From NCBI GenBank assembly GCA_023129115.1, contig JAGMCR010000003.1:1-64000 (forward strand): a stretch of 64,000 nucleotides of DNA, read 5' to 3'. The notes beneath the pieces are model-generated. The model searched no databases. It was not told the origin of the DNA and saw only the letters and a program-made list of their open reading frames with translations. A program made the translations under genes and the position numbers. Positions 26,953-36,132 of this stretch are shown piece by piece; within the stretch, counting starts at the first letter, position 1; each line of letters begins with the position of its first letter. The DNA comes from Candidatus Iainarchaeum sp. (GTDB lineage Archaea; B1Sed10-29; WALL01).

Positions 26953-29643
26953 ATGGCAAGGCGGGCCCCCGGGGCAGGGGTGGAAAAAAAGGGCGGCAAA
27001 AAGGCGGGGAAGGCCGTTGGGGTGCATAAAGCTGTTTTTGACAGTGTCACGGACGGCATTGTCGTGCTGGACAAGACCGGCAGGATAACCAAGATAAACA
27101 GGGCAATCACGCAGACTGGCGGGTACACTGAAAAAGACGTGGTGGGAACGCGCTTGGCTGCCCTGAAGATGTTCACCCCCGAGAGCCTTGCGAAGATGCT
27201 CGCGGCGTTCGCCAGGAGAGTGCTCGGGCAGGCCACGCCGCCTTACGCTGTCGAGCTGCGCACAAAAAAGGGAAAAACGATATTTGTTGAAATCCATGGC
27301 TCGCCCCTGCGGGAGGGCGGCAGAATAACCGGGAGCGTTGCCATACTCCGTGACATCACCAAGCGGAAGAAGGCAGAGGAAGCGCTGCGCGAGAGCGAAG
27401 AGAAGTTCAAGGACGTCACCGTGGCATCGGCTGACTGGGTGTGGGAGGTTGACAGGACCGGCAAGTACACTTACGCGTCAGGCAAGGTAAAGCAGATTTT
27501 GGGTTATACGCCTAAAGAGTTGTTGAGGCTGCACTTCTACGACCTAATGCCTAAAGACGAGGCCAAAAAGGCGATGGCGGAATTCAACGCCGCTCTTAAG
27601 ACGGGGGCGCCAATCGTTGACTTAGAGAACCTCAACCTCACGAAAGACGGTGGGGAAATATTCTTCCTCACGAACGGTGTCCCGATTTATGATGACAAAA
27701 GAAAGGTGGTTGGGTATCGCGGGGTTGACAAAGACATCACCGAGCGCAAGAAGGCAGAGGAGGCACTGAAAAAGAGCGAGGAGAGGTACAGGGGGTTGGT
27801 GGAGGGAACCGAGGCCGGGTTTTATACTGCTGCGCTGAACGGCGACGCGCTTTACGCCAGCAAATTCGTCGAGAGGATTGTGGAGGGGTTCAAGGCCGCG
27901 GAGTGGCGCAAGAAAGGGTTCTGGGCAGCCCGCATCCACCAGAACGACAGAAAGGCCGTGCTCAGGGAGTGGTCCAGGGGCGTCAAGTCAAAAAAGCCGT
28001 TCGTCCTGCAGTACCGGTTCGTGTGCAGGGACGGCACCCCAGTGTGGGTGGAGGACCACGCGTTCCCAAGCCCATCGAAGGACATGATTGAGGGGTTTAT
28101 CCTTGACATCACCGAACGCAAGAAGGCAGAGGAGCACCTGGCGCACATTGACTTGGTCCTGCGGGCGGTGCGCAACGTGAACCAGCTCATTGTAAGGGAG
28201 AAAAGCTCTGAGAAGCTGCTCAAAAGCGTTTGCGAGACACTTACCCGGGAACAGGGCTACAACAGCGCGTGGGCATGCCTTTTTGACGGGGGAAGCAAGC
28301 CTGTGATGGCTGCTGAGTCGGGGATTGGGACAAAGTTTAGCGCAATGGAAAAGCTGATGAAGAAGGGAAAGCTTACCAGGTGCGGGGAGAAAGCGCTGGG
28401 CCAAAACCGCGTTGTGGTCACTGAGGACCCGGCCAAGTCGTGCAGGGGCTGCCCGCTCCACTGTTTTTATGCGGGCAAAAACGCGTTGACCGTGCGCCTC
28501 GCGCACGGCGGCAGGACCTATGGCCTCCTTTCTGTGTCAGTGCCCGCGGCCATAGGCGTGGACAGGGAAGAGCAGTCGCTGTTCATGGAAGTCGCTGGAG
28601 ACATTTCCCTGGCGCTCCACTCTATTGAATTGGGGTCCAAGCGCGTGAAGGCAGCGGAAATGCTGCGCGAGAGCGAGGAAAAATACAAAGTGTTTTGGGA
28701 GAACACTGGCACAGCGATGTGCACCGTTGAGGCGGATAAAACTATTTCCTTCGCTAATGAGACCTTCAGTAAGCTATGCGGGTACACACTAAAAGAAATT
28801 GAGTGGAAAAAGAAGTGGACAGAGTTCGTGACCAAAGAGTACCTGAAAAGGATGGAGGAGTACCACACAGAAAGACGGAAGAAAGATGGCGAGGCGCCGA
28901 GCGAATACGAATTTGACTTTGTGGGCAAGAAGGGTGCCGTGAGAAAGGTTTTCCTTAGTGTCCAACTTATCCCGGGCACAAAAAAGTCCATCTGTTCGCT
29001 TATAGACATCACCGAGCGAAAAAAGGCAGAGGAAATGCTGCGAAAGGAAGACAAGCGCCTCGAAGGGCTTACGGCAGACCTATCCTTCCTCTACGAAGTA
29101 ACCAGCATTGCTTTTGCTGCAGAAACAGAGCAGGAACTGCTGGGCAAAGCACTGGAAGAGAGCTGCAGGGCGCTTGGCGCAGAACTTGGTATTGTGTGGA
29201 TGCATGACAAGGAACACGGGGAACTGGTCGCGCGCAAGTGCTTCGGCCTGACAGAGCAGGAATGCGCAGGCATGTCCATGAAGCCCGGTGAGGGGTGCGC
29301 TGGCAAGTCATTCCAGCGACGAGCCCCGCTTATCTCAACCAAGCGGCGGTTGAGGGGGTACAAGCCCACAACTTCTATTTGCGTCCCCCTGACAACTAAG
29401 GGGGGCACCATCGGCGTGGTGGAGGTGCTCTCGCTCTCAACCGAACTGGGGATGGGCGAACAACGGTTGCTCAAAATCGTGGCCGACCAGGTGAGCACAG
29501 CTATTAATGCCCTAAGGGCGCGGGGGGAACTGCAAAAATCCGTCAAGGAACTCAAGAAAATTAACAAGTTCCTTGTGGGAAGGGAAATGCGGATTATCGA
29601 ACTCAAAAACGAGGTGAAAGAGTTGAGGGATAAGTTAAAATAG
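26953..29643 (+). CDS. cytoplasmic multi-sensor protein (PAS-PAS-PAS-GAF-PAS-GAF) with no kinase domain
   Basis: Four DIT.RKKAEE PAC ends, two GAF-like segments, ends KFLVGREMRIIELKNEVKEL; TTTATATA at 26923 favours ATG 26953. Confidence 0.85.
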   Translation: MARRAPGAGVEKKGGKKAGKAVGVHKAVFDSVTDGIVVLDKTGRITKINRAITQTGGYTEKDVVGTRLAALKMFTPESLAKMLAAFARRVLGQATPPYAVELRTKKGKTIFVEIHGSPLREGGRITGSVAILRDITKRKKAEEALRESEEKFKDVTVASADWVWEVDRTGKYTYASGKVKQILGYTPKELLRLHFYDLMPKDEAKKAMAEFNAALKTGAPIVDLENLNLTKDGGEIFFLTNGVPIYDDKRKVVGYRGVDKDITERKKAEEALKKSEERYRGLVEGTEAGFYTAALNGDALYASKFVERIVEGFKAAEWRKKGFWAARIHQNDRKAVLREWSRGVKSKKPFVLQYRFVCRDGTPVWVEDHAFPSPSKDMIEGFILDITERKKAEEHLAHIDLVLRAVRNVNQLIVREKSSEKLLKSVCETLTREQGYNSAWACLFDGGSKPVMAAESGIGTKFSAMEKLMKKGKLTRCGEKALGQNRVVVTEDPAKSCRGCPLHCFYAGKNALTVRLAHGGRTYGLLSVSVPAAIGVDREEQSLFMEVAGDISLALHSIELGSKRVKAAEMLRESEEKYKVFWENTGTAMCTVEADKTISFANETFSKLCGYTLKEIEWKKKWTEFVTKEYLKRMEEYHTERRKKDGEAPSEYEFDFVGKKGAVRKVFLSVQLIPGTKKSICSLIDITERKKAEEMLRKEDKRLEGLTADLSFLYEVTSIAFAAETEQELLGKALEESCRALGAELGIVWMHDKEHGELVARKCFGLTEQECAGMSMKPGEGCAGKSFQRRAPLISTKRRLRGYKPTTSICVPLTTKGGTIGVVEVLSLSTELGMGEQRLLKIVADQVSTAINALRARGELQKSVKELKKINKFLVGREMRIIELKNEVKELRDKLK

Positions 29644-29673
29644 GCAAAAGAGTTAGTAGGAGGATAGGTTGAA

Positions 29674-30786
29674 ATGAAAGCAGGCGTGGGCATAAGCAAG
29701 AACAAAAACTCATTCAAAGCAGGTGAGGAAGCAGCAAAGCAGGCTGTGAAGGGCTCGGGCAAGCCCAACTTTGTGGTGGTGTTCAGCACAGAGCGCTTCC
29801 AGCAAAAACAATTGCTTTCAGGCATAAGGTCTGTCACAAGCAGTGCCAAGCTCGCCGGATGCTGCGGCGCAGGCGTTATAGCAGGAGAAGAGCTCAGCAA
29901 AGACGCTGTTGTGGTCATGGCAATGCGCGGCAGCCCGGCGAGCGTTGGCATCGGCAAGGGCATAAGCAAGGGCCCGCACGAGGCGGGAAGGGATTCTGTG
30001 GCAGGCCTCAAAAAGCCCGGCACAATAATCTTTTTGCCGGACGGCTTGACAGGCAACGTGACAAAAGTTGTGGCAGGCGCACATGAAACACTTGGGGCAG
30101 CCTACCGCCTCGTTGGCGGCGGGGCAGGCGACAACCTGAAGTTCATCAAGACGTACCAGTTCATCAATGATGAAGTGCACTCGGACGCCGTCGTGACTGC
30201 GCTGCTGGGCCAGAAAGTGGGGGTGGGCATAGCGCATGGCTGGACACCCATCGGCGAACCAATGATAGTGACAAAGGCAAAAGGCAACGTGGTGCACGAA
30301 ATCGATGGAAGGCCTGCGCTCGATGCCTACAAGAAGCAGTTCCCGGGCGACAGGATAAGCGCCAAGGGCTTTGCGAAATTCGCCGCGGAGCACCCGCTTG
30401 GCATGCCCCAGAGGACTGGCGAGTACTTAATCCGCGACCCGCTTATGGCAGAGAAAGATGGCAGCATCAAGTGCGTGGCCGAGGTGCCCGAGAACAGTGC
30501 TGTGCGCATCATGCAGGGCGACAAGCAATCCCTCATTGCAGCGGCCGAGCAAGCGGCCCGGCAGGCAATGGCGGGGGTGAAAAAGCCTGGCGCGCTGCTC
30601 GTGTTTGACTGCGTGTCGCGGCTGCTGTTCCTGGGCGATGACGCAAAAACAGAGGTAAAGGCAGTGAGGGATATTGTCGGCAACGTGCCAACAGCCGGGT
30701 TCTTCACGTTCGGCGAAGTTGGGTCCACTGCCGGCCCGCCAATGTTCCACAACAAGACAATCGTGGTGTGCGTGCTGCCGGAGTGA
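29674..30786 (+). CDS. stand-alone FIST sensory protein
   Basis: GGGAGD, HGWTPIG..IVTKAKGNVVHEIDGRPA, FDCVSR, GFFTFGE, FHNKT. Confidence 0.92.
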   Translation: MKAGVGISKNKNSFKAGEEAAKQAVKGSGKPNFVVVFSTERFQQKQLLSGIRSVTSSAKLAGCCGAGVIAGEELSKDAVVVMAMRGSPASVGIGKGISKGPHEAGRDSVAGLKKPGTIIFLPDGLTGNVTKVVAGAHETLGAAYRLVGGGAGDNLKFIKTYQFINDEVHSDAVVTALLGQKVGVGIAHGWTPIGEPMIVTKAKGNVVHEIDGRPALDAYKKQFPGDRISAKGFAKFAAEHPLGMPQRTGEYLIRDPLMAEKDGSIKCVAEVPENSAVRIMQGDKQSLIAAAEQAARQAMAGVKKPGALLVFDCVSRLLFLGDDAKTEVKAVRDIVGNVPTAGFFTFGEVGSTAGPPMFHNKTIVVCVLPE

Positions 30787-30834
30787 GTGGGATGAAGAAG
30801 CGGTCGGTTGCCACAGGGCTGGAGGAGATGCTTA

Positions 30835-31929
30835 GTGCTAAAGGTTAAACTCAGCGCCAAGCTGTTCGTGCTGTTCCTCCTGGTGTCAATCGTGCCCTTG
30901 TCCGTCGTCATGTTATTTGTGTTTGACTACGGGGAACGCGTAGAAAAAACCGCGCTGGAGCGCAGGCAGAAAATGATGGACACCGCCCTCAACGCCACGC
31001 AGAAGGCCCTGGCACAAGTAGGGGAAAAAGAGATAATGAGGATAGCGGCCTACGCCGCGTCTGGCATCACTACTTACCTGAGATACACCCCGGACGCGAC
31101 AATGGAAGAGCTGCAGGCGAGCGAGGAATTCCAGGGAATTGCGGTGCATCCTGTGGGTGAGACAGGGTACACTGCAGTCCACGACAGGAACGCTATAAAC
31201 TATTTTCATGTCAACCCCGGAATAATCGGGACAGACCTGCACGCACTCGAGGAAAAGCTGCCCGGGTTCTGGGCAGTGCTGTCAGCCAACCTGAATGGCA
31301 CAGAGTCAGCAGGCTACTATGAGTGGGAGGACGCTGACGGCGTCATCAGGGACAAGTACATGTGCTGCGTCGCGGTGGATGAGAGAGACTTGAGGGTGTG
31401 TGCCACGACTTACATGGACGAGTTCACGAAACCGCAGGAAGAGCTCGGGTTGGTGTTCGCAGAAGAGACTAGGAAGAGGACGGCTGAATATGCTGAAGAA
31501 AAAAGGCTGTTGGAGGGGACTATACTGCTCTTCTTTTTTGTTAGCGCCGCGTTCATCGTTCTGGCCTCGTTCCTGATAGCACGGGTCGTCACATCACCAC
31601 TCAAGAAACTGATGGCTGGCATGAAAAAATTCAGCCGCGGGGAGAGGAATAAGCGCGTCAAGCTGGATACCCGCGACGAGATTGGCGAGATGGCGGGAGT
31701 GTTCAACGAGATGGCTGGGGAAATCCAGTCCTACACAAAAAGGCTGGAGAGCACGGTCAAAGAGAGGACAAAGGAACTCGCCAAGAAGACGGTGGAGCAG
31801 GAAAAAGCGTTGGAGTCCCTGAAGAAGACGGCTAAGTTCTTGATTGGCAGGGAAGAAAGAATCATCGGGCTAAAGAAAAAGGTAAAAGAGCTCGAGAAAC
31901 AAGTGGAAGAGCTCAAGCAGGAGCGCTGA
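30835..31929 (+). CDS. membrane Cache-HAMP sensor with no kinase domain
   Basis: Two TM helices; VGETGYTAV..HVNP and GYYEW Cache-like motifs; HAMP (P..L..DEIGEMA..FNEM); GRE tail. Confidence 0.85.
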   Translation: MLKVKLSAKLFVLFLLVSIVPLSVVMLFVFDYGERVEKTALERRQKMMDTALNATQKALAQVGEKEIMRIAAYAASGITTYLRYTPDATMEELQASEEFQGIAVHPVGETGYTAVHDRNAINYFHVNPGIIGTDLHALEEKLPGFWAVLSANLNGTESAGYYEWEDADGVIRDKYMCCVAVDERDLRVCATTYMDEFTKPQEELGLVFAEETRKRTAEYAEEKRLLEGTILLFFFVSAAFIVLASFLIARVVTSPLKKLMAGMKKFSRGERNKRVKLDTRDEIGEMAGVFNEMAGEIQSYTKRLESTVKERTKELAKKTVEQEKALESLKKTAKFLIGREERIIGLKKKVKELEKQVEELKQER

Positions 31930-31961
31930 CGCACAGAAAAGGGCTTAAATGCGCGGCGCTT

Positions 31962-32954
31962 ATGGCTCAATCAGGAAACGGTGATGAAATGAAGAAGCTA
32001 AAGGACACGCAACTTACTGGCCTCATGGCCGTGGTGCTGATAATCTCGATTGCGGCGCTGTTCCTCGGCGCAAGCGCGTACCTCAGGGAGCCGGCGCCCG
32101 CCACTGGCGTGCATCTCGCCGAGGCGCCTGCCGGGACAGTTGTCGAGGCATACGAGGGCCCGAAGTACACCGGGACCGGCACGGGCTACGTGATAGAGTT
32201 CGAGAACGGGAAGCGCCTGCACTTCGCCGGCGACACCGCGCTCATCAGCGACTTCAAGTTCGTCATCCGCGACCACTACCACCCGGACATTGGATTGTTC
32301 CCCGCCGACGGGTTCTACTGCATGGACTCGAAGCTGGCGGCTGTCGCGGCCTCGTGGGTGAACCCAGAGTACGCAATCCCTTACCACTACGGCACTTTCC
32401 CGGAGATGCCGCCGAACCCGGAAGAGTTTGTGGCGGCGCTGGACGAGCTGAGGCTCAACAACGAGACCCGGGCAAAGCCGTTCATAGCAGAGCCGGGGAT
32501 TGAGTGGGAGATTGAGGGAATCAGGGGGACCTGGCTCGGCCACGGCTCCTACTTCTTTGTGTCGCCCGGCGGAGTCAGGATTCTTGTTGACCCGTGGCTG
32601 GAGGCGAACCCAATGTGCCCAGCCAAGTTCAAGGACATTGAGCACTTCAGGGAGGCCTACGGCGACATCGACTTAGTGCTCCTGACGCACGGGCACGTCG
32701 ACCACTTCACCATTGGCGAGCTGATAAAAATTTGGGACGCCTACGAGCCAGTGGTAATCGCGCAGTGGGAGCTTGGCGGCTACATCGCCACAGAAAGTGA
32801 TATGCCTGTCTGCCTGATAAACAAGGGCGGAATCGTCACAAAGGAAAAGATATTGCTGCAGGGGATTGTCCCGCCAGAGATAGTCAACGCCAAGAAGCTT
32901 GACGGCATAAAAATAATGATGGTGCAGGCAGAGCACAGCTCTTCCCCGCCATAA
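31962..32954 (+). CDS. exported, circularly permuted UPF0173-like metallo-beta-lactamase-fold hydrolase
   Basis: Signal/TM helix; HFAGDT and IPYHYGTFP precede WLGHG, ILVDPWL, THGHVDH, and the protein ends AEHSSS. Confidence 0.85.
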   Translation: MAQSGNGDEMKKLKDTQLTGLMAVVLIISIAALFLGASAYLREPAPATGVHLAEAPAGTVVEAYEGPKYTGTGTGYVIEFENGKRLHFAGDTALISDFKFVIRDHYHPDIGLFPADGFYCMDSKLAAVAASWVNPEYAIPYHYGTFPEMPPNPEEFVAALDELRLNNETRAKPFIAEPGIEWEIEGIRGTWLGHGSYFFVSPGGVRILVDPWLEANPMCPAKFKDIEHFREAYGDIDLVLLTHGHVDHFTIGELIKIWDAYEPVVIAQWELGGYIATESDMPVCLINKGGIVTKEKILLQGIVPPEIVNAKKLDGIKIMMVQAEHSSSPP

Positions 32955-32967
32955 GCGGTGACTTGGA

Positions 32968-34569
32968 TTGGTAAGGCTTCTCTTCAGGCACAAGGTCACC
33001 ACAACATTTTGCGTCCTGCTGGTGTTCGCCGTCGCGTCTGTCACATACATGACAATTAGCACGCAGCAGGCGCAGCTTATGGCCAACCTAATCGATGCGA
33101 GGCTGTCAGAGGCAAAGATTATAGCGATGAGCGTTTCGTCGGCAGAAGTGAACTTTTCCCCTGCACACAAGCGCACCATAATCAAGGAGATGGGGATTGG
33201 GAAAGGCATTGTTTATTGCAGGCTGGTGAAGCCAAGCGGCGAAATATTCAGCTCAAGCATTCCTGCCGAGCATGGGCTGTTCATCGATGACCCTGCAACC
33301 TTCGCGGCCGAGCCAGTCGTCATCGACGACGTGTGGGAGGGGCAGCGGATTAAGGCCGCGGTCGCGCCAAGCTACCGCGGCTACACGGTTTGGGTTGGCT
33401 TCTCCACCGAGGAAGTCGGGAAAGCCGTGTCAGGAATGGTTTTGTACAACGTGCTCCTTGCTTTGGCCATTGTTGGCGTGGGGGCGGTTGTCTCGTTCTT
33501 CCTCGCCCAGAAGCTAACCCACCCAATCGACGAGCTTGGCGAAGGGGTCATAGCGATTGGCGAGGGCAATATGGGCCACAGGGTGCGCGTCATGTCGCAC
33601 GACGAACTTGGCGACCTGGCACGGGCGTTCAACTGGATGAGCGAACACTTGGAGCAGAGCAAGGCAGGGCTGGAAAAAACTGTGGAGGGGCGGACGGAGG
33701 AACTCACCACGAAGTCGGGAAAGCTCGAGAAGACCGTGGAAGAGCTTGAACAGATGCGCGCCGCCATGGAGAGCGTGATGGAAGACCTTTCCGAGGCGAA
33801 CGAGGGCCTGGAGCACGCGGATGAGATGCGCGAGGCCTTCCTCAGAAACATTGCACACGAGCTCAAGACCCCAATAACCATCATGAAATTGGACATAGAG
33901 CGCCTAATAAAAAGGGAGCGCAAAAAAGTCAAGCCGTACAAGGGGACCAAGGCCATCGGCCAAATGGACAACATAGAAATAATGGAAGACATTTTGGGTG
34001 GGACTGACAGGTTCAGTGTGACAGTCAAGAAAATACTCCACCTCTCGCGCCTCGAGGCTGGCGCAGTCGTGTACACCAAGCACATGCACAGCCCAGAAAA
34101 AATAGTTGATGGCGTGCTGGAGGAGTACCATCCACTTGCAAAGGGGCAGGGCCTATACCTCAAGGAAAAGCTGGGGAAATTGCCAAAAGTCTTTGTGGAC
34201 AGGGAGCAAATAGAGGAAGTCTTCCACAACTTAATCGGCAACGCAATAAAGTTCACCGAGGAGGGGGGCGTGACAGTCAGTGCCATGAAAGCCGGGGAGT
34301 ACGTGCGCTTCGAGGTGGAGGACACAGGCATTGGCATACCCCCAGACGCAATCCCGCACCTATTCACCAAGTTCTTCCAGGTCAGCAGCGGCCTGGCGCG
34401 CACCGCGCCTGGCACGGGCCTGGGCCTCGCGATATCCAAGGCCACTGTCGAGGCGCACGGGGGGAAGATTTGGGTTGAAAGCGAGTATGGCAAGGGCAGT
34501 AAGTTTATATTCATCTTGCCCATAGGTAAAGGGGCGGGCAAGCGCCCAGCAAAAAAGAGGGGGGGCTAA
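32968..34569 (+). CDS. membrane HAMP sensor histidine kinase
   Basis: Two TM helices, HAMP, AHELKTPI, NLIGNAIKFT, DTGIGI, LFTKFFQ, GTGLGL. Confidence 0.95.
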   Translation: MVRLLFRHKVTTTFCVLLVFAVASVTYMTISTQQAQLMANLIDARLSEAKIIAMSVSSAEVNFSPAHKRTIIKEMGIGKGIVYCRLVKPSGEIFSSSIPAEHGLFIDDPATFAAEPVVIDDVWEGQRIKAAVAPSYRGYTVWVGFSTEEVGKAVSGMVLYNVLLALAIVGVGAVVSFFLAQKLTHPIDELGEGVIAIGEGNMGHRVRVMSHDELGDLARAFNWMSEHLEQSKAGLEKTVEGRTEELTTKSGKLEKTVEELEQMRAAMESVMEDLSEANEGLEHADEMREAFLRNIAHELKTPITIMKLDIERLIKRERKKVKPYKGTKAIGQMDNIEIMEDILGGTDRFSVTVKKILHLSRLEAGAVVYTKHMHSPEKIVDGVLEEYHPLAKGQGLYLKEKLGKLPKVFVDREQIEEVFHNLIGNAIKFTEEGGVTVSAMKAGEYVRFEVEDTGIGIPPDAIPHLFTKFFQVSSGLARTAPGTGLGLAISKATVEAHGGKIWVESEYGKGSKFIFILPIGKGAGKRPAKKRGG

Positions 34570-34573
34570 GCAA

Positions 34574-34939
34574 ATGAAGGTAATGATTGTCGAGGACGAG
34601 CCGGATGTCGCGAAAGCAATCAAGGGCGTGCTCGTGGACGAAGGATTTGGGGTGGAGATAGCCCTCGGCGGCAAGGATTGCCTGGAGAAGCTGAAGAAAA
34701 GCGAGCCGGACGTCATCCTTCTCGACATACTCATGCCCATAATGGACGGCACAGAAGTCCTGCGGCGGCTGAAGAAGGACAAGAAGACCGCGAAAATCCC
34801 GGTGATTGTGCTCACAGCTGTTTCTGCCGAGTCAGAGGTCAAGAAAACGCTTGAGGAAATCGACCCCAAGATTGGGTTCATCGAAAAGCCGTACAGCATC
34901 GACCAGATACTCGCGGAGATAAAGAAGCTCGTGAAATAA
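34574..34939 (+). CDS. stand-alone response regulator (REC only)
   Basis: VMIVEDE, PDVILLDILMP.MDG, VLTA, EKPY. Confidence 0.95.
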   Translation: MKVMIVEDEPDVAKAIKGVLVDEGFGVEIALGGKDCLEKLKKSEPDVILLDILMPIMDGTEVLRRLKKDKKTAKIPVIVLTAVSAESEVKKTLEEIDPKIGFIEKPYSIDQILAEIKKLVK

Positions 34940-34949
34940 GGCGGCAGCT

Positions 34950-35720
34950 TCACTTTGCGAGCATGCTGGCCTCGAACTCGCAGTAAGTGTCGCCAAGGCC
35001 CCAGCACTTTGTTTCTTGGACAGTGATGTTGAACGCCCCCATGAAGTGTATGACGGCAGACCTCAGCAGCTCTTTTTCCAGGTGGCAGTACGGCTCGCCA
35101 ATCTGTGGGCATGCCGTGTACGCACAGCCGTACACGCGGGCAACAAAAAGGCCTTTCTTTGTTTTTTCGCACTCGAGTTCGCCGAGCTTCATCTCCGAAA
35201 AAAACTTTTTGAGCGCGGTCAGGAGCTCGTCCAGGCTTTGCGGCCGGGCCTGTTCCACTGCGCACCTCCCAAGTTCGCTGCCCACGAGCTCCATGAGCCT
35301 CTTCGTGGCAAAAGCGCCCTTTAGCTCAAGCGAGGCCAGGTGAATGTGGGGGAACAGCCGGTAGCTGACCCCGCCCTTCTTCACCGCGGGCAGGCTCGAG
35401 TAGTGCTTGGCGTTTGCTTCTTCCTTGGTGTGCGTTGCCAGGACAGCAGAGGCATCGAGGCCTAGGCCAAGTGCCTTGCCCATGTCCACGAGCGCCTGGG
35501 CTATCTTGGCCACTACCTTGGGCAGGCAGGCGGATGGGTCTTCGTGGTCGAGGTACACGACGCGCAGCAAGCCATTCGGAAAGACCTGGAAGCCGAAGCC
35601 ATCAAACGTGGCTTGCGCGAGTTCCGCGCCCCTGACGTTCTTGAAGTAATCAATAGAAGAAACGAGTTTGCTTATGTCAATTGGCTTCCCGAGGTCGTAG
35701 AGTTCCGAGACCGCTTGCAT
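34950..35720 (-). CDS. V4R-domain protein with N-terminal TBP-like repeat (paralog of 7088-7873)
   Basis: YCHLE..VQETKCWGLGDTYCEF; TATA at 35743-35750 favours ATG 35720. Confidence 0.82.
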   Translation of the reverse strand: MQAVSELYDLGKPIDISKLVSSIDYFKNVRGAELAQATFDGFGFQVFPNGLLRVVYLDHEDPSACLPKVVAKIAQALVDMGKALGLGLDASAVLATHTKEEANAKHYSSLPAVKKGGVSYRLFPHIHLASLELKGAFATKRLMELVGSELGRCAVEQARPQSLDELLTALKKFFSEMKLGELECEKTKKGLFVARVYGCAYTACPQIGEPYCHLEKELLRSAVIHFMGAFNITVQETKCWGLGDTYCEFEASMLAK

Positions 35721-35865
35721 TAAAAAGATTTCACGCGGACCGTATATAAATGTTTCATGGGGGTGCGAACGAATCGTAAAGCACGAAGAACACCAGGGCA
35801 AGGATTATTTACTGCTGTTGGCCGGCACGGCAAAAGCCTTAAACCCCAAAACCCGATTTTTTAGC

Positions 35866-36012
35866 ATGAGCGAGGGCTCCATCCTGGACCGCATTGACGG
35901 GCTGTGCGAGGACAAGAAGGTAGTGGCAGAGCTGAAGAAGGGGCTCGGCGAGGGGCCGCCAAGGGAAAGAAAGAGCTGGGATTGGAGGGCGGGGAGGACT
36001 AGCGCCGTTTAG
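35866..36012 (+). CDS. 48-aa ORF, possibly a truncated gene
   Basis: CTTAAA TATA-like element upstream; host-like codon usage. Confidence 0.35.
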   Translation: MSEGSILDRIDGLCEDKKVVAELKKGLGEGPPRERKSWDWRAGRTSAV

Positions 36013-36132
36013 GCAATAGCACTCGTGCAAGAGGATTACACCAGATACAAACCCCGATTTTGATATAGAAGTGAGAGCTTGTTTTCAGGCAATAAACCAA
36101 TACAGACTCACCAATGTAAATACGGAGGAGGC

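Noticed and set aside
27352-29033. Four near-identical GACATCACC..CG.AA.AAGGCAGAGGA repeats
   Set aside because: They encode the standard PAS-terminal DITERKKAEE motif; spacing is irregular, so not CRISPR or DGR
35847-36061. CAAA(A/C)CCCGATTTT direct repeat around the 48-aa ORF
   Set aside because: Short and low-complexity; cannot be distinguished from chance
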